A stretch of 64,000 bases of DNA from Antedon mediterranea (Eukaryota > Animalia > Echinodermata), in assembly GCF_964355755.1 (NCBI RefSeq), contig NC_092680.1:21709045-21773044 (forward strand). The letters run 5' to 3'. Positions 44,001-61,930 of this stretch are shown here, one piece after another. The notes under the pieces were generated by a model. That model did not search any database and was not told the origin of the DNA. It saw nothing but the letters and a program-made list of their open reading frames with translations. Each line of letters starts with the position of its first letter. Position 1 is the stretch's first letter. Both the position numbers and the translations under genes were made by a program.

Positions 44001-47000
44001 TTATCGTGCAGCAATTTGTTTTGTTCAATGATATTTATTTTTCAGAACGACATCTTTCATTGACCAAATGAACACCTGGTATGATTTGAAGAACAAGACT
44101 GAAGTTCTTGATAAGCGAATCTTCTCTAAAATGCAGGTGAGAAAATATAGCATGCAAATAAACAATGATTTGTGTATATGTATGTTTATTTCTCATTACC
44201 TAAATACAGTACAGTCTATGGTTCACCCATACTGTAGTTCCTGGAAGTTGTAATGTATTGTTATTTGGACGTCTTAGACATATCATACTTTCTATTTCAG
44301 CAAAGCATTGGTACATGTGGGTTGACTGGAGTTGATCGTCTGCTCTGTTTCATGATTGTACGGGAACTACAAAACTTTTTGGCCATTCTAGAACGAGGTG
44401 TGCTAAGGGATAAGCAATGGCTGGATATGTTTGGTAGTCTTATGAAATCTCTTAATCCTGTCAGAGGATTAGTAGGTAATCTTTTTAAATTTATTTGTCT
44501 ATTGATTTTTTGAACTTCCCAGTAAAAACACTTATTTATTATGTGTGGTTAATTGTTTCTATCATATTTATATTCTTTTCTCGTTTTAATGCCAACGTAT
44601 TTTTTTTTCATTTTAATGCCAACGTATTTTTATTTAGAAAGAGATACTGAATCTAGTCAACTGCACTTGTTTAGTAAACAGTAACTTTTCACAACCTAAA
44701 TTTAATACTATCTGGCTGAAGGACGATGATGAATATATCCGTAACATACTTTTATCAAATGAAAATCAGTGCATTCTACATCCATCTTAATATTAAGACC
44801 ACAATATTCAATCCTCAAATTCAATTCTGTTAACAATAGTAATACACATAATTAGAGTATATTTATTAAAAGAAGAACTGGTTTCAGTTTCGGTACATTG
44901 ATAAAACATTTCAACAACTTTTCTTTTGTACAGCTAACCCAGCAAAGCATTATTCACAATTCATAAACAAAGCCAACAAAATGTGGCAGCCTTTTATCAT
45001 TATGGTGCTAAAAGTGGGACAGATGCAGTTACTACGGCGACTCATTGCTAATGACCTTAAGTTCACTTGCAAATTTGACTCTAATTTCTTGTCAAATGGA
45101 TTGGAAACAATGAACAAGTAAGTCTACTTATACAGCAGTTTATATTTATTATTCTTTATCATAAAACAATAACAAACAAATAACTACAAAGTAAGTGGCA
45201 GGAAACACAAAAGGGAACTAAATCCCTATGACAAGAGCCTGTGAATCCTCAAGTAGCACATAAAGATAAAATATAGCATTTCAATAAATATATCGGCAAA
45301 CAAAAATATCAAGTGTTTGCCCACACTTACAAATACATTGTATACAGTACGAACAATATTTAGCTCTGTCTACACTATCAAACTAGTTTGACAAAAATGT
45401 GTGATGTGCCCAAATATAGTGGTGATATGCTCAAATATGGTAATGATATGACATCATCATGTCCATATATATATGAGTACATCACATTTTTTACGTCACA
45501 TAAATGTGATAGTGTAGACAGAACTTTAATTTTAATAAATTTTGAATTTTTAGGGGATTACTAAAGGATGTAGAAGCTCACTATCAAGACCCAACTTTAC
45601 CGTACCCTAAGGAAGAGAACCCACTGATGTATGAACTATCATCTTACCTTGAGTCTGCTGGGTTCTGCCAACCACTTGCTAAGGTCAATATAAATTACAT
45701 CTTTAACACATATAAATACAATTATATTAGGTGTACTGTAGCCATGCCATACAACCCAACCTATTACAATTATATTAGGTGTAACCATGCCATACAACCC
45801 AACCTATTACAATTATATTAGGTGTAGCCATGCCATACAACCCAACCTATTACAATTATATTAGGTGTAGCCATGCAATACAACCCAACCTATTACAATT
45901 ATATTAGGTGTAGCCATGCCATACAACCCAACCTATTACAATTATATTAGGTGTAGCCATGCCATACAACCCAACCTATTACAATTATATTAGGTGTAGC
46001 CATGCCATACAACCCAACCTATTACAATTATATTAGGTGTAGCCATGCCATACAACCCAACCTATTACAATTATATTAGGTGTAGCCATGCCATACAACC
46101 CAACCTATTACAATTATATTAGGTGTAGCCATGCCATACAACCCAACCTATTACAATTATATTAGGTGTAGCCATGCCATACAACCCAACCTATTACAAT
46201 TATATTAGGTGTAGCCATGCCATACAACCCAACCTATTACAATTATATTAGGTGTAGCCATGCCATAAAACCCAACCTATTACAATTATATTAGGTGTAG
46301 CCATGCCATGCAACCCAACCTATTACAATTATATTAGGTGTAGCCATGCCATACAACCCAACCTATTACAATTATATTAGGTGTAGCCATGCCATACAAC
46401 CCAACCTATTACAATTATATTAGGTGTAGCCATGCCATACAACCCAACCTATTACAATTATATTAGGTGTAGCCATGCCATACAACCCAACCTATTACAA
46501 TTATATTAGGTGTAGCCATGCCATACAACCCAACCTAGTACAATTATATTAGGTGTAGCCATGCCATACAACCCAACCTATTACAATTATATTAGGTGTA
46601 GCCATGCCATAAAACCCAACCTATTACAATTATATTAGGTGTAGCCATGCCATGCAACCCAACCTATTACAATTATATTAGGTGTAGCCATGCCATACAA
46701 CCCAACCTATTACAATTATATTAGGTGTAGCCATTCCATACAACCCAACCTATTACAATTATATTAGGTGTAGCCATGCCATACAACCCAACCTATTACA
46801 ATTATATTAGGTTTAGCCATGCCATACAACCCAACCTATTACAATTATATTAGGTGTAGCCATGCCATACAACCCAACCTATTACAATTATATTAGGTGT
46901 AGCCATGCCATACAACCCAACCTATTACAATTACAGTATATTAGGTGTAGCCATGCCATACAACCCAACCTATTACAATTATATTAGGTGTAGCCATGCC

Positions 47001-50000
47001 ATACAACCCAACCTATTACAATTATATTAGGTGTAGCCATGCCATACAACCCAACCTATTACAATTATATTAGGTGTAGCCATGCCATACAACCCAACCT
47101 ATTACAATTATATTAGGTGTAGCCATGCCATACAACCCAACCTATTATAATTATATTAGGTGTAGCCATGCCATACAACCCAACCTATTACAATTATATT
47201 AGGTGTAGCCATGCCATACAACCCAACCTATTACAATTATATTAGGTGTAGCCATGCCATAAAACCCAACCTATTACAATTATATTAGGTGTAGCCATGC
47301 CATGCAACCCAACCTATTACAATTATATTAGGTGTAGCCATGCCATACAACCCAACCTATTACAATTATATTAGGTGTAGCCATGCCATAAAACCCAACC
47401 TATTACAATTATATTAGGTGTAGCCATGCCATACAACCCAACCTATTACAATTATATTAGGTGTAGCCATGCCATACAACCCAACCTATTACAATTATAT
47501 TAGGTGTAGCCATGCCATACAACCCAACCTATTACAATTATATTAGGTGTAGCCATGCCATACAACCCAACCTATTACAATTATATTTGGTGTAGCCATG
47601 CCATGCAACCCAACCTATTACAATTATATTAGGTGTAGCCATGCCATACAACCCAACCTATTACAATTATATTAGGTGTAGCCATGCCATAAAACCCAAC
47701 CTATTACAATTATATTAGGTGTAGCCATGCCATACAACCCAACCTATTACAATTATATTAGGTGTAGCCATGCCATACAACCCAACCTATTACAATTATA
47801 TTAGGTGTAGCCATGCCATACAACCCAACCTATTACAATTATATTAGGTGTAGCCATGCCATACAACCCAACCTATTACAATTATATTAGGTGTAGCCAT
47901 GCCATACAACCCAACCTATTACAATTATATTAGGTGTAGCCAAGCCATACAATTACAACCCAACCTATTACAATTATATTAGGTGTAGCCATGCCATACA
48001 ACCCAACCTATTAATGAATGTTTCGTATTCATTGAGTATATTTTCATTTCTAAAGCTCTGTCTACACTATCACACTAACGCCCGTATTCTTAAACCGGAC
48101 TTTAGTCGTAGTTCGAGCTAAAACTAAAAAAATGACGTCATTTTAATTCATAAACCGAACTTCAACTAAATCACCGACTAAATCAGGCCAACCTCGACTA
48201 AATCGAGACGGATTTTGATCGATTTTTTTAGTCCTGGAGGGGGCAGACTAAATGGTCGACTAAATGGTTTTTAAACGATGTTTATAAAAAACGTAACAGT
48301 CATTGAGTTGTTATATTGGCCAGATATTGAAGAATGAAATATCTATATTTATATTAGCTTAATTAAATATACATTGGTATAAATTATAATAATGAAAATC
48401 ATCTTTATTTACAACTGTATACAAATTACATTATTTTCTTCGCGCAAGTCCGACTTGAGCTACGTCACGCCATAGCGACAATGGGAGATGCGGCAATTCA
48501 CCACGCGATGAAATGTTTAGGGGGCCTAGCGCTTTCTTGTCATGCTATGAAGTGCGTGGTTCGTGGCAATCATACTTTGTTGGGGGCCTAGAAAATATAA
48601 AAGTTACCGTACCGCCATGGTTCCTAATTATATTTTTAAGATTTTATTTGTTGTTAATCAAATATACTTCACTGTTAAATTAATACTGATATTGTTCTAA
48701 TAATTAACGATTAAAATTATTTTTCATGTATATAGTCCTGATGCGTAAAAAGTGTTGTAAGAAATGGAAAGTGATATCAATGCGCAAAATTTCGTCTGCT
48801 CCTCAAATACTCTCTTGTCATTGGCCAATGTATAGCCTTTGTTACTCAGACGTGTGCAACTCGACTAAAAGTTCGACTTCATTAAGTCGAACTGCAAACT
48901 TCGACTACTTCGTTTTTGAATCGAATTTGAAGTAATAGCTCGAACTACAACTTTTCCAAGTCGAACTTCGAACTACGACTAAAGTCCGGTTTAAGAATAC
49001 GGGCGTAAGTGTGACAAAAAAGTGTGATGTGCCCACATATGGTAGTGATATGCCCAAATATGGTAGTGATATGAAATCATCATGTCAATATAGGGGCATT
49101 TTTTGTCACATAAAGTTTGATAGTGTAGACAGAACTTTACTGTCCTATTCAACTCTGCAATTTTTCAACTCGTGTAAATATTTAAACCCATTCAACTCAT
49201 AAACGTTCCTAACTGGTATTTAGTTAAGCATTTTCTTGTATTTTCAATTTGTTTCTTTTGTAGATTTATATCACAACAAAGCGAGTGCCATATCTGTCTT
49301 TAATCACCTTCCTATTTGTGACGTCACAGTTACCAAAACTCCAATATGTCAAGTCTGTAGGTAAGTGATCAAACTTAGTGTGTTCTATTGTTTATCATCT
49401 TCAAATTATTATGCTGAGATGTAAATCCGGAGCGGATCCACAATTTGTTATCATTAGTCTATCAAAAAGAAGTTTGTATTTTGATTGTAGTTGTCAAACG
49501 GAAGGATTGCGCCTATAGTGCTACTGCTGGATCCGCCCCTGGAGATAGTATTTTAAAATAGTCCTTTCGTCCAGTGCCCACCAGAGGAGAGGCATAAGCC
49601 AATACGTCTGAGGCAGATACTAGATGCTATAAGAGTCAGCAGTGCTGATTTCAAATGCCTAACAGGACCCCAGCTCCATATACAGCACCCGATATTCTCC
49701 CATCCAAGCTCTAACCAGGCCCAACGTTGCTTAACTTCGGTCATCTAACGAGAACCAGTGTTTCAACATGGTAAGATCTTGCAGTATATCCATGCCAGTT
49801 ACTTATATATTATATTGTTTGTGTTTACAGGAAGTATGATTGCTCGTCAGATAAAAGACCCTATTGATGGACCTCCCTTCATTGCTGGAACCATTACACT
49901 TCTCAAGCAGTTCCATTCAGAGAACACCGATCAGTTTCTAGCTCTTCTAGGCCAATATGTCCGATCTCACGTGGAAGCTGCTGCCACCGTGTACGTTCCC

Positions 50001-50661
50001 CTTCATTACCTTTTTCATCCGTTTTTCTGATTATTTTATTAAAAACTTGTTACTTTGCTATGGCTTTATGCATAATGCACATATTTATTTATAGAGTTGC
50101 AATAATTTCATTCAACAACAGAGTTGATGTGCTGTATCTATTTTTTTGTTTGCCGTTTTAAAAGATGGATTCATTTTAATTCAAATCTCTCCTGAAAACT
50201 CACTTATTTCAATAGTTATTCTTTTCATGTTGGACTGTGAGACTCCAGTAAAAAGCGCTTTATATTTGATATTATTGTTATGTTGCAGGTCCAAGACTCC
50301 AGAACTTCCTATAGAAGCAGTGAATGTTTTGGCCTTTCTTGATGATTTTGTACACTACGGCTCCCTGCCTAGAAAGGTAAGTAGCTGCTGTAACTTGTTC
50401 TTCAATTTTTTGTCCGTGTCATGTGACCACAAATATCCTGTACTGCCAAAACCAAAAGATGAAATAAAAATTACAGATGACGGTGTTGGAGGGGAGGTGA
50501 GATGGATGAAGAATGAGCGCCCTCTGGTTCTACTACAGCTATTAACATACCTTTCTGTCTAAGCTTTGTTTGAATTAGCCTAACAATATCTCTTTTTTTT
50601 TCAGATGGTAGAAGCTCACGTACCAGCATACATTTTTGATGAATTCAAAAGTAATTGCTAA
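35046..50661 (+). CDS. WASHC5: WASH complex subunit 5 (strumpellin), more than 20 exons
   Basis: [32 protein letters not shown]; [34 protein letters not shown]; [18 protein letters not shown]; [18 protein letters not shown]; ends [14 protein letters not shown]. Confidence 0.97.
39127..39444. repeat. Compound minisatellite (~72-bp unit with nested 14-bp tcctgatcattgat repeats)
   Basis: tcctgatcattgctttctattcatcaatgggatcacacatggaattacttactttataa x4. Confidence 0.9.
41754..42745 (-). pseudogene. Frameshifted TRIM-NHL (TRIM2/3/71-like) C-terminal fragment nested antisense in a WASHC5 intron
   Basis: Three abutting ORFs in different frames encode NHL repeats ([14 protein letters not shown]; [26 protein letters not shown]; [22 protein letters not shown]); upstream filamin-like remnant contains a stop; intronless. 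Confidence 0.8.
45362..45525. mobile_element. MITE family A
   Basis: agctctgtctacactatcaaactag...gatagtgtagacagaact. Confidence 0.85.
45716..48013. repeat. Intronic satellite, 43-bp unit, about 53 copies
   Basis: tattacaattatattaggtgtagccatgccatacaacccaacc tandem, near-identical. Confidence 0.98.
48054..49136. mobile_element. MITE family A interrupted by a nested element
   Basis: Left TIR 48054-48078; the remainder resumes at 49009 (gtgtgacaaaaa...tagtgtagacagaact). Confidence 0.85.
48079..49005. mobile_element. Non-autonomous PIF/Harbinger-type element
   Basis: 38-bp TIR cgcccgtattcttaaaccggactttagtcgtagttcga with exact inverse at the right end; TAA TSD; no ORF. Confidence 0.9.
49428..49541. 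mobile_element. Small degenerate hAT-like MITE
   Basis: ccggagcggatcca ... tggatccgcccctg inverted ends. Confidence 0.45.
49553..49775 (-). mobile_element. 5S rRNA-derived element (SINE3-like, or 5S pseudogene with a tail)
   Basis: Reverse complement of 49681-49773 reads taccatgttgaaacactggttctcgttagatgaccgaagttaagcaacgttgggcctggttagagcttggatgggagaatatcgggtgctgta, i.e. 5S rRNA with a deletion after the C box; followed by ~130 bp of non-5S body. Confidence 0.75.
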
Positions 50662-51968
50662 ACAAAGGACAATTAGAGAGAAGGCGGATGGAATATTAAA
50701 TTAATCAGCAAAAGATGATAATGGTTAACATTGTTTAAATTAATTAAATTGAGTGGAAGATGATGGTAAGCCTAGTGATGGCAACAACACTGTTCCAAAT
50801 CATCATTTATTTATCAGTTTCATTCATGTTAAAGTAAACAGTGTATTGGTGCATGTTGATACAGTGGTCTCCTAATTAAAAATTATGTCAAATGTATATA
50901 ATTTAACTACATAAAGGTCAAAATCCAGCCTAATTTGCATACTATGTTTATTCTTTACACCTGTCGGCAACCAATTTATTCTTGCTGGCAAAACTAAATA
51001 GGAAAACATTGTTTATGTATTAATGTTAAGTGCATGTCATATACTGTAATCAGATTTGAAAAAGAGACATTTATTTTAAAAGATGCTGCATGATAAGGAA
51101 CAAAAAACTAAATACAAATGCACCATCTTGTTAGCCTGTTGTACAGTATGTACTATATGGACCAACATACACTTTGACAAAATATTAATAGTACAGGTTT
51201 TAACTGTAGTAGAGATTGGTGTTATCACACACTACAGTAATGGCCTCATAATAATGTATTAATTATGCTCATCATTTTTATAGAAATTATATCAAAGTTT
51301 AAAAATATAATTTTATAGGCTGCTGCAATAATTAATGTGTATATATTTTAATTATAGATAAATTTACTTTATTTGATGAGCTGCTGATACAGTACTTAAA
51401 TTGAGGTAGTCACAAATATTTGTTTATTTCACCAAAACAAAATATGGTGTCATAATCCATTTAAAGAATCCACTTATGGTAAAAACCATGATAGATTTGG
51501 ACCATAATTTATTGGTATATGCATGAGTGTGTAACAGATGTTTAAGCACGATCTACTTCATTTACAGACACTTTGTGGTTTTTTCAAAAAACAAATACTG
51601 TATATAATAAAACAGATGGACTCTTACATTTTTTTTCTTCAAAATGATGTTTTCATTTCAAGTTGAAGATAACCTTTTTTTAACATTACTGCAAACTACA
51701 CTGAGAATTAACTGAAAAGAAACACAGAAAGCAATACATGGCACAAGAAATCATAAGAACATTACAAATTAGTTTCTCCTGCTGATTCTATAGTGTTCTT
51801 TATTTCATTGCCAAAATTCCAAGTCATGTGCAATTATTCTGGGAGCCAGTAACATATGATTTCACCCCATTCCACCCAGAAGGTTTGACCCCTTAATGTT
51901 GTTGCTTAAAATTGATACAGTAAAAACATGGTTTGCATACAAAGTCATTCTTCCTTTAAACAATTGAA

Positions 51969-52601
51969 TTATTGTGATACAATGATATAACCACGAGTTT
52001 TAGAAGTTGATGTATCAACTGTGTTCATAGAATGAAACAAATGATGAGATGTTACCCAGCATTCATCAGTTGCAGGCCATGTATCTAAGATAAGGAAGCT
52101 GTCGCTGTCCTCGTGGTAGCCACACAAGGGACTAAAATGACCAGAAACAGTCTGACCTGGATATATCACCTTTAAATCGTAATTTATAATCACCGAACAA
52201 CTTGAGTCCTTGTGACTGAGAGCACTTTTTGCTTTTGTACGAAATTCTTCTACTGAACTGTCTGCTGCTGGGTGCATAGTTGCTAGGTAACCATGAGCTC
52301 TGACCAAGTCTGTGATTTGCTGCAAAGTGCATCCTTCCTTGCTTACCACTGATTCAGTCAGAATACTGTTAGTTTCTTTCAATGAAAACATGTTTGCTTC
52401 ACTGAATGGAAGCTGGTCATCGTTGCCATGTTTACCAATAAGATAGGCGTTCATGGCTAGCACGCTGCTAACTACCCCACAGAACGTCGAGTTGTGTTGC
52501 TTCTTGAATATTCTATCAATGATCGGCTGATAGTATGATCTCTCGGAAGCTTCTGTTTTGAGTCTCTGTCCATCGGGACTATACAGCGGTACCACAGACA
52601 T
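51969..52601 (-). CDS. Phytochelatin synthase-like protein (catalytic domain only, 210 aa, single coding exon)
   Basis: KQHNSTFCGVVSSVLAMNA (oxyanion Q, catalytic C), GCTLQQI, IINYD..GQTVSGHFSPLCGYHEDSDSFLILD (H, D), MNTVDTSTSKTRGYIIV; acceptor ttcag just upstream of the ATG. Confidence 0.88.
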   Translation of the reverse strand: MSVVPLYSPDGQRLKTEASERSYYQPIIDRIFKKQHNSTFCGVVSSVLAMNAYLIGKHGNDDQLPFSEANMFSLKETNSILTESVVSKEGCTLQQITDLVRAHGYLATMHPAADSSVEEFRTKAKSALSHKDSSCSVIINYDLKVIYPGQTVSGHFSPLCGYHEDSDSFLILDTWPATDECWVTSHHLFHSMNTVDTSTSKTRGYIIVSQ

Positions 52602-54494
52602 CTTAACTGAAATTAATTGCATTAATAATTAATACCTTATGCAATGACATTATTGGAATGTATTGTATTAAAAATGTTTTTGTTTAAAAAAAATCTACTG
52701 TAAAATAATTTATCAGGGTTTTATATTAGAAGATTGTGACATATATATTATAATTATATATATGCAGTAGTAGTATGTTTCTGCTATATTGGCGTACCAT
52801 ACCTTACACACATTAAAGTACGAGTAGCCTGGAGCTACAAAATATACCTGTAGCCTGCTATAAATTTGGGCGTTCCATACTCGGACGGAGCGCCGCCTGT
52901 TGATCTGCTTTTCTCAAAATAAAATTACAAGCGGCGGAGCCCGGGAAATATACTCATTACTAGCAAGAATTTGTTATCCCGTAATTATCTATTTGACCTA
53001 GGCCTAGTACGAAGTTCTTTCATTATCTAATAGCATAGCAAAAAGAACCTTTACTAACTATACGGCGTTGTCGATGTGTCCTACTTGTTGTTGATGTCAA
53101 TAAGATAGAGGGCGTGTATCTCCATAAAAGAGTCGATTATTGGGGGTTGTCTACAACCTTATATGCTTACCTACTTTTCAATATTAAATAATAATAATAT
53201 TAATAATAATAAAGGAATTTTCAACAAGTTAATTAACCAGGGCCGGCCACATTTTGGCATTCTTGTGACATCATAATACATGATTTAATTTTGTTATAGA
53301 CACTTATAGTCTATGATAGGCCTAACTAGGCCTATACAACAATTTGAAATTATTATTTGATTTCTTTCTATTCTATATAATAATAATTTTTGTTTTTATT
53401 GATTCTTGGGCCATGAAAAAGAGACATTCATATGAATCCAACATTGTAGCAAACTATAATTATTAGGAATTTTATTATAATAATAATTTTAGAGAGGAGG
53501 TGTGTCATAGTATCCTCTGTTGTAATTGGCTTAAATTAAAGAGGCTCGTCACTAAATCTATGAATATTCATTAAAGTCACGGCAACACATGATTGATTCA
53601 TTGAAGAAGAAAGAGCGAGAGGCGATTAACCGAGAATAGAAAAATAATATCATCGTCATTGTATCAGGAAATTAAATACTTTCTGTTGAAATTTGTACAA
53701 AGGTTTATTTATTTCAACACTATAATCAATACACATTTGGAGGATACGACCAAATTTACGGTAAGTTAATTTTACAACGTTTAATATCGATGACAGATGT
53801 CATGGGATACAACGTGTCTCGCACACTAGAGAGAGGCTTGCTGCAGTTTGTTTGTTTTATAGTAGCGGAGTACAATACACACATTCCATGTCGGCGGAGC
53901 CGTAACTCCGCTAACAACTGCAACTGACCACAACGGGCTTAGAGGAAATTGATTTAAATATGCATGTATGGTTTCTGTATCGAAGCCATGAATGGTCTGT
54001 TGGCTGTCTAGATCTATGACAACTTAATTGTTGTGTGTCAATTTATGATTCTTGCCTAGGCTAACTATAAAAGGCTATTAATATAAGTAAGTATTATACT
54101 TTATTTTGAAACTGGACAATTGAAATTCATATTGATTCACACAACATGATATTTTATGTCTAATTAGTTATGTTTACACGTTTTAGACATATATTATTAG
54201 GCCTACTACAGTAGGCCTAATAATATATGTCTAAAAGACAGAATTTAAAAATAACAAATTACTATACTCAATTGAATATTTTGTAAAAATGTAAATGTTT
54301 TTATGTGAAACTGCTGTGGTATAGGAAAAAAATTGATAAATTAATTTTTTTTGTCCAAAAATAGGAATTTCCAAGCTTAGGCAGAATTGGTTCTCATGAA
54401 AAATTAACATCACTTTTTGTAAAACTGATAATTCAGGTGTGGTTCCCATTAAATAATTCCAAGTTTAATTTACTATTAGGGAGAGTGGCAGAGA

Positions 54495-59803
<5,309 letters not shown>

Positions 59804-61930
59804 AGAAGAATCTGTTTCATATGGCATTCCCACAATGCATCACTCATCAGCAACAGTCCGAGGTTAGAGAAGAATCTGTTTCAATATGGCATTCCCACAA
59901 TGTATAATAATAAAGAGAGAATGAATGAAAGAAATTCAATACATCTCTTCTCTTCAAAGTACCCCCTCTCTCTCTCTTTCTCCCTAGCGATGCAGTGGGG
60001 TCAAAGTAATATTATGATAATGAGATGCAAACCGAGCGAGAAACACTGAGCAGAGAATGGAACATTTTGTAATGATTGATTTACAATGATTATTTTCTAC
60101 GTTTTAAGCAGCAGAACTATCATGAAAGGTCGGTGGGTCAAAAACCTATTATATTTGTGAAATTGATCTGCCTGCCCCCCCCCCCCCCCCTACTTCCCAT
60201 GTCTATGCTCCTGCTTTAAGTTAATTTAACTATGGTTTGCGTATTAATATGAGGGTAACTCCAAATAAGGATTAAATGGAAAGATACAGCACTCAAATGA
60301 AAACTAGAACTACCATATCTTGCCAATTTATTTATTTTTGTGCCAACTATTTTATATAAAGATCTGAATATGTTCAGCGTAATTATTGTTAAGGATATTT
60401 TTGGAAAGATGAATGCAGCTGCGCTCTACCATTGTGCCATGTTTTTTATGTTCGCTATTTTCAAGATCAAAAAGTATATTTTGCTCTCTTCCGATATAGA
60501 ATATAGTTATAGATTTTTGCCGATTAATTAGACGTGTATTTAATTAATTGTTTCAGGAGGTATTCCATGCAAATACAAGATAGAACTGTTGTCTATTTAT
60601 ATGCATTTTCGTTATACACTAACAATTGTTTCCTTTAAATTATTTAATTTTACACTTTGATATCTATATTTATGGTAAGGTATTTATAAGCATTGTATAT
60701 AATTTAACTTTGAAGACAATTTGGGTAAAAAATACATGGTAACAGAATTTTACAATTTCTATTAAAATACAGTACGTCAAAAACAAAGCATTATACAATG
60801 GTACAATACTAACTGGAAGAAAGTTAAAAGTAAATAAACTTATTAAAAATGCTTTGTAAGTTGGAATGTAAAGTTGGAATACTTGTAAAAGCTGAATTAG
60901 ACTTTAATTTTGATGTGTGGATGACAATTACATTTATCGCAGTAGTGTAGCTAAGTTAATATAATGTATACAGCAGCCTTGTTGAGTCAGAAGTAAGGCC
61001 CAGTAGAATTTTATGCAAAGCTTTTCAATAAAATAATTTATAGTGTAAAATATTAGTCTGTTTTTCTGTAATGGATAAGAAGCAATGGATGTAGTAAGAT
61101 GGAGTAATTGAGAGATGGACAACAAAGTGATGAAATGAATTGATGGATAAAAAAGATACAAGGGATAAATCATTGCATTGAGACATCGATTACCATTATC
61201 TTTTTTTAAATTTAAAGATGTGTTGTCTCTCGATATGAAAAATGAACTTAATCAAATCTCACTCTGAATAGAAGATTTTGAAGTTTTAATAAAGTTATTC
61301 AATAAATAAAAATAATGATTTTATATCTAAAAAGAAAAAATAAATGGTTACATTTAAAAAACCCCTATTGTCTAGGAGACTAACCATTAAAAAAAATAAC
61401 TTTGGCAACAGTTGTCTTTGACAGCTCTTGTCTCTCCTCAGTGCTCCCTTTTTATGTATTACTGAAATAAATAAATAAACTTTTTTTAAAAATCAAAATG
61501 ACATCAAAAAAAAAAATTCAGGGGGACAATATATCTAATAATTTATATTTTCATATCAAAAAAAAAAAAATTCAGGGGGACAATATATCTAATAATTGAT
61601 ATTTTCATTATCATTTATGGTTTATAAATGTGGTCGGTCTACTGCACAGCTTCAATATAAAACTCGTTCTCAGTTGGAGGAAAAATGGCAAAATCAGCAT
61701 TATATATGGTCATGTTATCAAAGCAATATAGTTGTGTTTACTTCTGTATTGATAACACACGTGTTACATAACTACTGAAAAACAAAAATACTAAACACGC
61801 GACCTCACTTTCTGATCCGGTCAATGATTGGATGCAATATTGGTGGGAGGCGGGGCTTAAATCACAGCGCACAGAGAGAGAGACACATGGGTCTCATTAC
61901 TTGTTCTGTGTTCGCCATAAATCTTAAATA

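Noticed and set aside
49681-49773. Functional 5S rRNA gene
   Set aside because: Internal deletion, degenerate 5' end, no oligo-T terminator, solitary intronic copy
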